Shown here in pieces: positions 8,386 to 17,301 of a stretch of 64,000 nt of DNA. The position numbers and the translations under genes are program-made. The first letter of the stretch is position 1. Each line of letters opens with the position of its first letter. The notes under the pieces are model-generated. The model was not told the origin of the DNA, did no database searches, and saw only the letters and a program-made list of their open reading frames with translations. The stretch lies in assembly GCA_031431875.1 (NCBI GenBank), contig JANPEF010000061.1, positions 15,764-79,763 on the forward strand, given 5' to 3'. This DNA comes from Candidatus Eiseniibacteriota bacterium. GTDB taxonomy: Bacteria > Eisenbacteria > RBG-16-71-46 > DASYSL01.

Positions 8386-8937
8386 ATGAGCTTCGTTTCC
8401 GAACCCACGATCCTGCACGCGTCGCGGCTGCGGCTCGTCGCCGGCGTGGCGGCGCTGTGCATCGTCACGACGGCGATCGGCTGCGCGTCGTCGGGCGGCT
8501 CCAAGACCCAGGCCGGCACGACCGCGACCGCAACCGCGAAAGCCGGCGGAGAGACCATGACCACGACTCCGGCGAAGGAACCCGATCACATCAAGGTGCA
8601 GCACATCCTGATCGGGGCGAAGGGCACGGTGCCCGGCAAGAGCATCACGCGCAGCCTCGATGAGGCGAAGATTCTCGCCTACCAGCTGGCCGATCGCGCG
8701 CGCAAGGGCGAGGACTTCGGCGCGCTGGTGAGCCAGTACACCGACGACGCGGCACCCGGCATCTACGGGATGTCCAATCGCGGCGTCGCGGCGGGTCAGG
8801 GTGAGTACGGTCGCGAGTCGATGGTACCAGCCTTCGGCAACGTCGGCTTCCCGCTGGCCCTCGGCGCGATCGGTGTCGCGGACTTCGACGCGTCGACGAG
8901 CCCTTACGGCTATCACGTCATCAAGCGCGTCGAATGA
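8386..8937 (+). CDS. Parvulin-type peptidyl-prolyl cis-trans isomerase (PpiC/SurA-like) lipoprotein, paralog 1
   Basis: ORF 8371..8937; GGAAGGAA is 7 nt before the second ATG at 8386; lipobox ...TTAIGC; rotamase core HILIG...GEDFGALVSQYTDD...GYHVIKRVE. Confidence 0.7.
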   Translation: MSFVSEPTILHASRLRLVAGVAALCIVTTAIGCASSGGSKTQAGTTATATAKAGGETMTTTPAKEPDHIKVQHILIGAKGTVPGKSITRSLDEAKILAYQLADRARKGEDFGALVSQYTDDAAPGIYGMSNRGVAAGQGEYGRESMVPAFGNVGFPLALGAIGVADFDASTSPYGYHVIKRVE

Positions 8938-9500
8938 CGCGGGAGGCTCTCGTGAATCCCATGATCCGTCGCGGGCTGCGGCTCGCCTCGCTCGCCCTCG
9001 TCCTCGCCGTGGTCGGCTGCTCGCCGAAGGCGGACGAGGCGGCGAAGACCGCCGTCGATGACGCCGCCGCCGTGGCCAAGGCGGCAGCGGACAGTGTCGC
9101 CAAGCTCGCCGCCAGCACGATGCCCGCCCCCCCGGCGACGGCGCCGGAGCACATCGAGGTGCAGCACGTGCTGATCGGCTTCGAGGGCAAGATCCCGGGC
9201 AAGCCGGTGACGCGTTCGCAGGCCGAGGCCGAGAAGCTCGCGGCCGAGCTGCTCGAGCGCGCCCGCAAGGGCGAGGACTTCGACCAGCTCGTCCAGAAGT
9301 ACACCGACGACCAGTGGCCGGGGATCTACGGCCTGGCCAACACCGGGATCACGCCAGCACAGGGCGAGTTCACGCGTGACGGCATGGTCAAGGGCTTCAG
9401 CGACATCGCCTTCAGCCTGTCGCCCGGCAACATCGACGTCGCCGTCTACGATCCCAAGACGAGCCCGTACGGCTGGCACATCATCAAGCGGTTGAAGTAG
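8934..9500 (+). CDS. Parvulin-type peptidyl-prolyl cis-trans isomerase lipoprotein, paralog 2 (tandem duplicate)
   Basis: Start overlaps the previous stop (ATGA); alternative starts GTG 8952 or ATG 8961 follow a GGGAGG; lipobox LAVVGCS; HVLIG...GEDFDQLVQKYTDD...GWHIIKRLK. Confidence 0.7.
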   Translation: MTREALVNPMIRRGLRLASLALVLAVVGCSPKADEAAKTAVDDAAAVAKAAADSVAKLAASTMPAPPATAPEHIEVQHVLIGFEGKIPGKPVTRSQAEAEKLAAELLERARKGEDFDQLVQKYTDDQWPGIYGLANTGITPAQGEFTRDGMVKGFSDIAFSLSPGNIDVAVYDPKTSPYGWHIIKRLK

Positions 9501-9511
9501 CGCGCGGTCGA

Positions 9512-9556
9512 TTCGATGATTGTGGCCCCCGGGAGATGCCTTCCGGGGGCCGTTTC
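9512..9556 (+). terminator. Intrinsic-terminator-like GC hairpin plus U-rich tail after PPIase paralog 2 (copy 1 of a duplicated hairpin)
   Basis: GGCCCCCGGG-AGATGCCTT-CCGGGGGCC followed by GTTTCATTGTTTC, 12 nt after the stop at 9500. Confidence 0.5.
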
Positions 9557-9635
9557 ATTGTTTCGCCGCCTGCGGGCCGGGGCGTAGACTCATCCCCCCG
9601 CATCCTCAGGGGTTTTCCGACTCGAGAGGTGAACC

Positions 9636-9851
9636 ATGCGCACCGCAGTCCATGCCTTGCTTGCCGCCGCGCTCTGCCTGTCGGCCTCGCCCGCACTGGT
9701 CAAAGCGGCCGACGGCACGTACGACCTGCGCTGGGACAGCTGCACCGGACCGATCGAACGCTGTCCCACGGTGGACGACCAGAACTCGCTGTACGCCTCC
9801 GTGATCGGGCTGGACCAACCGCATCTCGCCTACCAGGTTCAAGTGATCTAA
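9636..9851 (+). CDS. Small secreted Cys-containing protein (71 aa as annotated); ends at a TAA that is in frame with the following ORF
   Basis: ATG with GAGAGG Shine-Dalgarno; signal peptide MRTAVHALLAAALCLSASPALVKA; TAGACT -10-like hexamer at 9585-9590; lower GC and N/T/S/Q-rich composition, unlike the rest of the window. Confidence 0.45.
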   Translation: MRTAVHALLAAALCLSASPALVKAADGTYDLRWDSCTGPIERCPTVDDQNSLYASVIGLDQPHLAYQVQVI

Positions 9852-9917
9852 GGGAACGCGACGACCAACACCGTTCCCGACGCGTGGCGATTCGATGCGC
9901 AGGGGTGCCAGACCGGC

Positions 9918-10592
9918 GTGCCCCTCTTCACGATCGATCACTTCGCGCCTCCGGCGGTGGCGAAGGCGTGCCCGTCCCTCCAGGGCACCGCGCCGAGCAT
10001 CCAGATCAAGGACGTCAGCTTCGTTCCACCATCGATCCTCCTGCCGCAGACACTCCTGCGCATCACGCTGGCGAACGTGTACAACGGCAACCCACAGACC
10101 GGGGACCCCGCGAAGCGCTACTTCCTCGGGCGATTCCAGTTCGATCACGGGTTCTCGGTGATCGGTCCGACGACTCCGGGTGTCGATTGCAGCGGCTTCG
10201 AGGTTCCGCTCCGGTTCGACACGTACTGCACCAGCTACGTCGACACGCAGGGGATGGAATGGAGCTTCGGCCTCGGGGGCACTGGCACCGTGACCTCGAA
10301 GGGGGTGGAAACCTGCCTCCCGGTCCCGGCCGAGACCTCGACCAGCTCGTGCAGTAGTCCACCGACGGCCCCCGGGGGAGACACTCTCCCGGGGGCCGTT
10401 TCGTCATCGCGCGTTCGGGGGAAGATGACTGCGGCCACCAACCCGGGATGGTCTCAGTTACTCGCCCCCGGAACAGGCACTGCGACCATGAGGCGGACAT
10501 GGTCACACTCGCCTCTTCCAAGCAAGGTGACTGCGACCACCTGGGCTCACCCCCCCTCCGGCCCGATCCCGTGCCGCATCCCAATCTGGTAG
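9918..10592 (+). CDS. Hypothetical Cys/Thr/Ser-rich protein in the same frame as 9636..9851; possibly the 3' part of a disrupted gene or pseudogene
   Basis: Frame identical to 9636 (both 0 mod 3); the intervening translation GNATTNTVPDAWRFDAQGCQTG repeats the upstream motif DGTYDLRWDSCTG; atypical composition; the ORF reads through the second hairpin copy. Confidence 0.3.
   Translation: MPLFTIDHFAPPAVAKACPSLQGTAPSIQIKDVSFVPPSILLPQTLLRITLANVYNGNPQTGDPAKRYFLGRFQFDHGFSVIGPTTPGVDCSGFEVPLRFDTYCTSYVDTQGMEWSFGLGGTGTVTSKGVETCLPVPAETSTSSCSSPPTAPGGDTLPGAVSSSRVRGKMTAATNPGWSQLLAPGTGTATMRRTWSHSPLPSKVTATTWAHPPSGPIPCRIPIW
10372..10416 (+). repeat. Second copy of the GGCCCCCGGG...CCCGGGGGCC-GTTTC hairpin element
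   Basis: GGCCCCCGGGGGAGACACTCTCCCGGGGGCCGTTTCGTCATC; about 85% identical in the stem and 3' flank to the copy at 9512. Confidence 0.4.
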
Positions 10593-10601
10593 ATTCCCCT
10601 C

Positions 10602-11201
10602 GTGAAGGATTTCACGAGCCTCGCCCTCCTTTTCGTCGCCCTCCTCTTCCTCGTCGAGATCGCGCTCCTTGCGCGCTTCCTGCGCGCGCGCGGCCCTGCG
10701 CCCGGCCTTCGCTGGATCCTCGCTCCGCTCGTCGTCACGCTCGCATTCGCGCTGCCCGCCGCGTGGATTGCGCGCGCGGGCGGGCTCGCGCCCGGCCTGC
10801 CCGGAGCCGGCATGCCCTGGGAGGACGTGACCGATGCGACGCCGCGGGCGGAGTCCGCCGCCGCCGGTGAGCGCGCGTACCTCAACCGCTGCGCGCCGTG
10901 TCACCTGCCCGAGGGAAGTGGACTGCCGCCGTCGTATCCGCCACTCGTCGGCAGCGCCGTCGTCGCCGGTCCGGTCGACCTGCACGTCCGCTACGCGCTA
11001 TGGGGCAGTCGCGGCATCGCTCGACCACGCGCCGGTGCGGCGCAGATGCCGGGTTTCCATGGCGCGACCAGCGACGCGGAGCTCGCCGCGATCCTGACGT
11101 GGGAACGGAATGCGTGGGGGCATGACGCGGGGATCGTCCGGCCGTCGGACGTCGCGCGCGGGCGTGCCGCCGGCGCGGCCGAAGGGCTCGACCGCCCGTG
11201 A
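10602..11201 (+). CDS. Membrane-anchored monoheme c-type cytochrome (CxxCH = CAPCH)
   Basis: N-terminal transmembrane helices, CAPCH heme-binding motif, and a Met ligand region further downstream; GTG start 6 nt after a TAGATT hexamer; its stop overlaps the ctaA start (GTGA). Confidence 0.65.
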   Translation: MKDFTSLALLFVALLFLVEIALLARFLRARGPAPGLRWILAPLVVTLAFALPAAWIARAGGLAPGLPGAGMPWEDVTDATPRAESAAAGERAYLNRCAPCHLPEGSGLPPSYPPLVGSAVVAGPVDLHVRYALWGSRGIARPRAGAAQMPGFHGATSDAELAAILTWERNAWGHDAGIVRPSDVARGRAAGAAEGLDRP

Positions 11202-12070
11202 ACACGACGGCGCGCCTGGCGCGCGGCACCGTGCTCGCGACGTTCGCCCTGATCGTGCTGGGCGCGATTGTCCGCTCCACCGGGTCCGGCCTCGCCTGCC
11301 CCGACTGGCCGCTGTGCCACGGGCAGCTGATCCCGCCGTTCCAGCCGCAGGTGCTGCTCGAGTGGGGACACCGCGCGGTCGCGCTGATCGTCAGCCTGTT
11401 GACCGCGGCGCTCGCGGGGCGGATCCTGCTGGTTCCGGACGAGCGGCGGGCATTGGGAGGCCTCGTCGGCCTCGCGCTCGCGCTGCTCGCGATGCAGATC
11501 CTCCTCGGCGCGCTCACCGTGTGGAAGCTGCTGCACTTCTCGGTGGTGACGCTCCACCTGGGGAATGCACTGCTGTTCTTCGCGACGCTGATCGCGATCG
11601 CCGAGCGCGCGGGGCGCGGTGCCGAGGCGGCTTTGGACGCGTCGCCTGGCGACGACCGCAGGCTCTGGTGGATCGCCACACTCGCGACGCTCGCCCAGAT
11701 CCTCCTGGGCGGGCTGGTCAGCACCAATCATGCGGGGCTCGCCTGCCCCGATTTTCCGCTCTGCCACGGTGCGTGGTGGCCGGCGGGGGAAGGACCTCTC
11801 GTGCACCTGCAACTGGCGCATCGCTTCGGGGCGTACGCGCTCGCCGCCTTCCTCGCGTTCGCCTGGTGGCGGTCGCGCGGCGAGGCGAATCCGCACGTGC
11901 GAGCGGGTGCCACGGCGGTGCTCGGGCTGGTGCTCATCCAGATCGTGCTCGGCGCGTTCAACGTGCTGCTCGCGGTCCCCGTGTGGCTGACGGCGGCGCA
12001 TCTGGCCACCGCGACGGCGCTGTTCGCGCTGACCGTGCTGACCGCGCTGCGTGCCGGGCGTTCGTCATGA
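11198..12070 (+). CDS. ctaA: Heme A synthase CtaA (COX15 family)
   Basis: Paired CPDWPLCHG and CPDFPLCHG motifs, multiple transmembrane segments, 290 aa. Confidence 0.8.
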   Translation: MNTTARLARGTVLATFALIVLGAIVRSTGSGLACPDWPLCHGQLIPPFQPQVLLEWGHRAVALIVSLLTAALAGRILLVPDERRALGGLVGLALALLAMQILLGALTVWKLLHFSVVTLHLGNALLFFATLIAIAERAGRGAEAALDASPGDDRRLWWIATLATLAQILLGGLVSTNHAGLACPDFPLCHGAWWPAGEGPLVHLQLAHRFGAYALAAFLAFAWWRSRGEANPHVRAGATAVLGLVLIQIVLGAFNVLLAVPVWLTAAHLATATALFALTVLTALRAGRSS

Positions 12071-13362
12071 GCTTCGCCGTGGCGCGCACCGACCTGCGCA
12101 CGATCGCGCTGGCGTACCTCGAGCTGGCCAAGCCGCGGATCGTGCTGCTCGTGCTGCTGACCGGCGTGCCGGCGCTGCTCATGGCGGCGCGCGGGCTGCC
12201 CGAAGCGACGACCGTGATCGGCGCCATCCTCGGCACCGCGTTGGCAGCAGCCTCGGCGGCGGCGTTCAACCACGTGTTCGATCGCGACATCGATGCCCTG
12301 ATGGTGCGTACGAAGCTGCGCCCGCTGCCGACCGGCGTGCTCACGCCGACGCAGGCGACCGTGTTCGCGATCGGGCTCGGCATCGCCGCCTGGCTGGTGC
12401 TCGACCTCATGACGACCCGGCTGGCCGCGATCATCGGGCTGATCTCGATCTTCTATTACGCGGTGGTCTACACCGTGTGGCTCAAGCGCTCGACGCCGCA
12501 GAACATCGTGATCGGCGGCGCGGCGGGGGCGACCGCCCCGCTCATCGCGTGGGCCGCGGTGACCGGGCGCATCGACCTGCCTGCGGTCCTGCTCGCGGCG
12601 ATCGTCTTTTTCTGGACGCCGCCGCACTTCTGGGCGCTCGCGCTCTATCGCCGCGAGGACTACGCGCGGGCGAACATCCCGATGTTGCCGGTGACGCACG
12701 GGGAGGACGAGACGCGGCGGCAGATCCTGCTCTACACGCTGGGGCTGGTGCCGATCACGCTCGCCCCCGTTGGCATTGGCGCGGCCGGGCCGATCTACGG
12801 CGTACCGGCGCTGATGCTCGGCGCCCTGTTCGCGTGGTACGCGCTGCGGCTGTTCCAGACCAAGGCGACCGCGCGCGCGGTGAAGTTGTTCCGCTTCTCG
12901 ATCCTCTACCTGTTCGTGTTGTTCGTCGCGCTGGGCGTCGATGCCGCGGTCGTGGGCGGGCGCAATCGCGCCGCGGCAGAGCGCACGCGAGCGGCGGCGG
13001 CGGCGGCGGTCGCATCGGTCGAGAACCCGGTTGCGGTGCGGGTGACGGCCGGTGCGACCGGGGCGCTGGCGCTCTCGGTGACCGCGCCGCTCGAGGAGGT
13101 CGCGGTGCGTCGGGGCGGGGAGCAGGAGCGCGTGCTGCGGGTCATCAACGGTGGCTCCGACACGTTGCGGGTCTCCGTGAAGCGGAGGGTCCTTCCGGAG
13201 GTGGCGGCGGCCTTCGTGCGCGATGCGGACGGCGGCGCTCCGCGAGTGATGATCGCGCCGGGGGCAACCGTCGACCTGCCGGTGCGCTTCACGATCGATG
13301 CGGCCCTGCCGCTCGACGTGCCAGTCCTGACCGTGATCTACTCGCTCGATGCCTCGCGCTGA
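12067..13362 (+). CDS. ctaB: Protoheme IX farnesyltransferase CtaB/CyoE with a ~130-aa C-terminal extension
   Basis: ATGA overlap with ctaA; UbiA-family motifs NHVFDRDIDALMVRTKLRPLPTG and YYAVVYTVWLKR; the extra C-terminal region (VGGRNRAAAERTRAAAAAAVASVENP...VIYSLDASR) is not part of the canonical ~300-aa CtaB. Confidence 0.8.
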   Translation: MSFAVARTDLRTIALAYLELAKPRIVLLVLLTGVPALLMAARGLPEATTVIGAILGTALAAASAAAFNHVFDRDIDALMVRTKLRPLPTGVLTPTQATVFAIGLGIAAWLVLDLMTTRLAAIIGLISIFYYAVVYTVWLKRSTPQNIVIGGAAGATAPLIAWAAVTGRIDLPAVLLAAIVFFWTPPHFWALALYRREDYARANIPMLPVTHGEDETRRQILLYTLGLVPITLAPVGIGAAGPIYGVPALMLGALFAWYALRLFQTKATARAVKLFRFSILYLFVLFVALGVDAAVVGGRNRAAAERTRAAAAAAVASVENPVAVRVTAGATGALALSVTAPLEEVAVRRGGEQERVLRVINGGSDTLRVSVKRRVLPEVAAAFVRDADGGAPRVMIAPGATVDLPVRFTIDAALPLDVPVLTVIYSLDASR

Positions 13363-13955
13363 GGCGCTTGCAGCGTCCCCTGCACCCACTTGCGCAGCGC
13401 CACGATTCCGTCGTTGTCCTTGGCCGAGGTCGCGATCACGTCGATCTCCTCGCGCCAGGGCAGGAGCTTGCGCAGCTCGGCCAGCTTGCGCGCGGGGGCG
13501 CTGCGGTTCACGCGGTCGCACTTGGTGAACGCGAGCGCGAACGGCACGTCGTCCTCCAGCAGCCACGACAGCATCTCGAGGTCCGAGTCCTGCCACGGCA
13601 CGCTCACGTCGACCAGCTGGAACACCGCGGCGCGGCGCGACGGATCGCCCAGCAGGTCGCGGGCGGCGCGGGTGAACGTGCGGCGTTCCTTCTCGGGTCC
13701 GGCGGCGTAGCCGTAGCCGGGCAGATCGATCAGGTAGAAAGGCGGCGTCTTGTCCGACTCGAGCTCGAAGTAGACGAGCTGGCGCGTGCGGCCCGGCGTC
13801 TTGCTCGTGCGCGCGATCGCCTGGTTGGCGAAGCGATTGACGAGCGACGACTTGCCCACGTTCGAGCGCCCCGTGAAGGCGATTCCCGGACGCTCGTTCG
13901 GGCATGCGGCGGGGTCGAGAAACGAGCCGAGGAACTTCGTGCGGAGGATGCGCAT
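13338..13955 (-). CDS. engB: Ribosome-biogenesis GTPase EngB (YihA/YsxC)
   Basis: [11 protein letters not shown]...[12 protein letters not shown] (G1), DLPGYG (G3), TKCD (G4); 205 aa; TACCTT hexamer 7 nt upstream of the ATG on the coding strand. Confidence 0.8.
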   Translation of the reverse strand: MRILRTKFLGSFLDPAACPNERPGIAFTGRSNVGKSSLVNRFANQAIARTSKTPGRTRQLVYFELESDKTPPFYLIDLPGYGYAAGPEKERRTFTRAARDLLGDPSRRAAVFQLVDVSVPWQDSDLEMLSWLLEDDVPFALAFTKCDRVNRSAPARKLAELRKLLPWREEIDVIATSAKDNDGIVALRKWVQGTLQAPQREASSE

Positions 13956-14010
13956 GAAGCCCAAGGTAGCATGCCTTGACACCCGGCGACGGCCCGACGA
14001 ACATGCGCCC

Positions 14011-14523
14011 ATGAACGAGCCGCGCCCCGCCGATGCCGCGCCCGCGCCCCGGGTCGGCGTGATCATGGGCAGCCAGAGTGATCTCGAGACGATGGCGCCC
14101 GCCGTCGAGCTCCTGACCGCGCTTGCCGTGCCGCACGAAGTGCGCATCGTCTCGGCGCACCGCACCCCCGACTGGATGTTCGAGTACGCCTCGACGGCCG
14201 AGGCGCGCGGGCTCGCCGTGATCATCGCCGCCGCAGGCGGCGCGGCCCACCTGCCCGGGATGACCGCGGCGAAGACGATCCTGCCGGTGCTCGGCGTGCC
14301 CGTCGCCGCGACCGCGCTCGGCGGCGTCGACGCGTTCCTCTCCATCGTCCAGATGCCGAAGGGCGTGCCAGTCGGTACGCTTGCCATCGGCGCGCCCGGG
14401 GCGGCAAACGCGGCGCTGCTCGCGGCGCGCATCGTCGCCCTCGGCGATCCGGCGCTGCGCGAAAGACTGCGCGCATGGACCGCGGCTCGACGCGACGAGG
14501 TCCTCGGCGACTCGACGCCGTGA
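14011..14523 (+). CDS. purE: N5-carboxyaminoimidazole ribonucleotide mutase PurE
   Basis: [15 protein letters not shown]...HRTPD...[11 protein letters not shown], classic PurE motifs. Confidence 0.8.
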   Translation: MNEPRPADAAPAPRVGVIMGSQSDLETMAPAVELLTALAVPHEVRIVSAHRTPDWMFEYASTAEARGLAVIIAAAGGAAHLPGMTAAKTILPVLGVPVAATALGGVDAFLSIVQMPKGVPVGTLAIGAPGAANAALLAARIVALGDPALRERLRAWTAARRDEVLGDSTP

Positions 14524-15722
14524 GCGCGGTCCTCGGCATCCTGGGCGGGGGACAGCTCGGGCGCATGACCGCGCTTGCCGCCCGCCCGCTCGGCTTCGCC
14601 GTGCACGTGCTCGATCCCGATCCTTCCTGTGCCGCCGCACCCGTCGTCGAGCGCGTGGTCGCCGCGTCGTTCGACGATGCCGCTGCCGCGGAGGAGCTGG
14701 CGCGCGCGTGCAGCGTCGTCACTCTCGAGATCGAGCAGATTGCGCCGGCCTCGCTGGCCGCGGCGGCGCGGCACGCGCCCGTGCGCCCGGCGCCGGCCGT
14801 GCTGCACGTGGTGCAGGATCGCGTGCGCCAGAAGCAGTGGCTCGCGGCGCAGGGCTTCCCGACGGGGCCGTTCCGTGCGGCTGCCGACGAGGCGGAGTTC
14901 GTCGCGGCGGTGCGCGTGTTCGGCGGTCGGGTCTTTGCCAAGTCGAGCTTCGGCGGTTACGACGGTCGTGGCCAGGCCGCGCTCGACGAGGACGACGATC
15001 GCGCCCATGCCGAGGCCGTCGTCGTCGCGCGGGCGGCGAATGCGCCGGCCGCCGACGCGCGGCTCGACGCGGCGGCGCGCACGGCCTGGCGGGCGGTGGG
15101 GGCGGCGCCGTGCGTGGTCGAGGAGGCGCTCGCGCTCGAGGGCGAGTTGTCGGTACTGGTCGCCCGTGGCGTCGACGGCGCGATCGCGGTCTACCCGCCG
15201 GCGCGCAATCACCACGTCGATCGCATTCTCGCCTGGTCTGAGCTGCCGGGCGATCTGTCGCCGACGCTCGCGGCGCGGGCGCAGGAGCTGGCGGCGGCGA
15301 TCGCGCGCGCGCTGGACGTCGTGGGGCTCCTCTGCGTCGAGTTCTTCCACACGCGCGACGGGCGCCTGCTGGTCAACGAGTTGGCGCCCCGGCCGCACAA
15401 CAGCTACCACGGCAGCGACCTCGCCTGCGTCACGGGCCAGTTCGAGCAGCTGGTCCGGGCGGTGACCGGGCTGCCGCTCGGGGCGGTCGACGTGGTCCGC
15501 CCGGCCGCCATCCACAACCTGCTCGGCGACCTGTGGGCCGACGGCGCCGAGCCCGCGTTCGACCGCGCCCTCGCGATCCCCGGCGTCCGGCTCACGCTCT
15601 ACGGCAAGGGGACGCCACGCCCGGGGCGGAAGATGGGGCACCTGACGGCGACGGCTGCCACGCCGGGGGCGGCCCGGGCACTCGTCGAGCAGGGCTTCGC
15701 CAGCTTGCAGCAGGCCACCTAA
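14520..15722 (+). CDS. purK: N5-carboxyaminoimidazole ribonucleotide synthase PurK (ATP-grasp)
   Basis: GTG start overlapping the purE stop (GTGA); [14 protein letters not shown]-terminus; ATP-grasp body. Confidence 0.8.
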   Translation: MSAVLGILGGGQLGRMTALAARPLGFAVHVLDPDPSCAAAPVVERVVAASFDDAAAAEELARACSVVTLEIEQIAPASLAAAARHAPVRPAPAVLHVVQDRVRQKQWLAAQGFPTGPFRAAADEAEFVAAVRVFGGRVFAKSSFGGYDGRGQAALDEDDDRAHAEAVVVARAANAPAADARLDAAARTAWRAVGAAPCVVEEALALEGELSVLVARGVDGAIAVYPPARNHHVDRILAWSELPGDLSPTLAARAQELAAAIARALDVVGLLCVEFFHTRDGRLLVNELAPRPHNSYHGSDLACVTGQFEQLVRAVTGLPLGAVDVVRPAAIHNLLGDLWADGAEPAFDRALAIPGVRLTLYGKGTPRPGRKMGHLTATAATPGAARALVEQGFASLQQAT

Positions 15723-15834
15723 GCCCTTCCGGGTTTACGATTTACAGGCCAGCCCGGACGTGCTATTCCCTCGGTGATCCGTTCCCCGCATCCCCAATCG
15801 TGGCGGGCGCTGGCGCCCGCGAGGAGCCCGATTC

Positions 15835-17301
15835 ATGTCCCAGTTCCACCTGACCCCCGAAGGCAAGAAGCTCGTCACCTTCATCCCCGGCGACGGCATC
15901 GGCGCCGAGGTCACCGGCGCCACCCGCCGCATCATCGAGGCGACCGGCGCGGCCGTCACCTGGGAGGACTGCGAGGCCGGGGCGAGCGTGTTCAAGAAGG
16001 GCCTGCCGTCGGGTGTGCCGCAGGAGACGATCGACTCGATCAAGAAGACGAAGGTCGCGCTCAAGGGCCCGCTCGAGACGCCAATCGGCTTCGGCGAGAA
16101 GAGCGCCAATGTCACCCTGCGCAAGTTGTTCGAGACCTACGGCAACATCCGCCCGGTGCGCACCCTGCCCGGCGTGCCGACGCCATTCTCGAACAAGGCC
16201 ATCGACCTGGTGGTCGTGCGCGAGAACGTCGAGGACCTCTACGCCGGCATCGAGTACATGCAGACGCCGGGCGTCGCCGAGGCGCTCAAGCTGATCTCGC
16301 GCAAGGGCTGCGAGAAGATCGTGCGCCTGGGCTTCGAGGTCGCGCGCGCCGAGGGCCGCAAGAAGGTCCATTGCGCGACCAAGTCGAACATCATGAAGAT
16401 GACCGAGGGCACGCTCAAGCGCACGTTCGAGGCGATCGCCCCCGAGTACCCCGAGATCGAGTCGACGCACATCATCGTCGACAACTGCGCCCACCAGCTC
16501 GTGCGCTTCCCGGAATGGTTCGACGTCATCATCATGACCAACATGAACGGCGACATCCTGTCGGACATGACGTCCGGCCTGATCGGCGGGCTCGGCTTTG
16601 CACCGTCGGCGAACCTGGGCACCGACTATGCGATCTTCGAGGCCGTGCACGGCTCGGCGCCGAAGTACACGGGCAAGAACGTGATCAACCCGACGGCCGT
16701 GCTGTTCGCGGGCGTGATGATGCTGCGGCGCCTCGAGGAGTTCGCGGCGGCGGCGGCGATCGAGAACTCCGTGATCGCCGTGCTCGAGGACGGGAAGTTC
16801 CGCACGCGCGACGTCGTCGGCGACGCCGGCTCGGTGAGCACGAGCGACTACACCGATGCGATCATCGCCAACCTGGGGCGCAAGCCGTCGAAGGCGTTCG
16901 TGCGCGAGTACCGGCCGATCAAGATGCCCGACGTGCCCGCCGCGCCTGATTTCGTCAAGGTGAAGGAGCGCATGGTCGCCGGTGCCGACGTCTACGTCGA
17001 GTGGACGAGCTCCGTCGAGACGCTCGGAAAGAGCCTCGAGACCGCGCTCGCCGGCTCGCCCTTCCGGCTGCACATGATCGCGAGTCGCGGCACGAAACTC
17101 TACCCCGGGGTGAGCGCCGTGACCGACACGGTCGACGCGTTCACCGCCCGCTGCATGCGCGCCGACGGGGGCGACACGACCGACGCCGAGATCCTCGACC
17201 TGCTCGCCCGCGTGGGTGCCAGGGCGCCCTGGTCCCACGTCGAGAAGCTGAACGTGTTCGACGGCGCGCTCGGCTACACGAAGGCACAGGGCGAGGATTG
17301 A
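15835..17301 (+). CDS. icd: Isocitrate dehydrogenase (isocitrate/isopropylmalate dehydrogenase family) with a C-terminal extra domain, Thermus-type long form of 488 aa
   Basis: GDGIG, NMNGDILSD and GSAPKYTGKN motifs; GAGGAG Shine-Dalgarno 9 nt upstream; ~130-aa C-terminal extension. Confidence 0.85.
   Translation: MSQFHLTPEGKKLVTFIPGDGIGAEVTGATRRIIEATGAAVTWEDCEAGASVFKKGLPSGVPQETIDSIKKTKVALKGPLETPIGFGEKSANVTLRKLFETYGNIRPVRTLPGVPTPFSNKAIDLVVVRENVEDLYAGIEYMQTPGVAEALKLISRKGCEKIVRLGFEVARAEGRKKVHCATKSNIMKMTEGTLKRTFEAIAPEYPEIESTHIIVDNCAHQLVRFPEWFDVIIMTNMNGDILSDMTSGLIGGLGFAPSANLGTDYAIFEAVHGSAPKYTGKNVINPTAVLFAGVMMLRRLEEFAAAAAIENSVIAVLEDGKFRTRDVVGDAGSVSTSDYTDAIIANLGRKPSKAFVREYRPIKMPDVPAAPDFVKVKERMVAGADVYVEWTSSVETLGKSLETALAGSPFRLHMIASRGTKLYPGVSAVTDTVDAFTARCMRADGGDTTDAEILDLLARVGARAPWSHVEKLNVFDGALGYTKAQGED

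Noticed and set aside
9849-9851. In-frame TAA as a recoded codon (selenocysteine or pyrrolysine)
   Set aside because: Known recoding uses TGA (Sec) or TAG (Pyl), not TAA. There is no SECIS-like context. A pseudogene, a sequencing error or two genes are more likely.
9520-10357. Alternative-frame ORFs (9520..9804, 9536..10357) over the small secreted-protein locus
   Set aside because: They lack start context. They overlap the signal-peptide-bearing frame, which has a Shine-Dalgarno sequence and a promoter hexamer.
12051-13979. 642-aa plus-strand ORF overlapping ctaB in a different frame
   Set aside because: The ctaB frame carries the UbiA motifs. This frame translates to Arg/Gly-rich low-complexity sequence.
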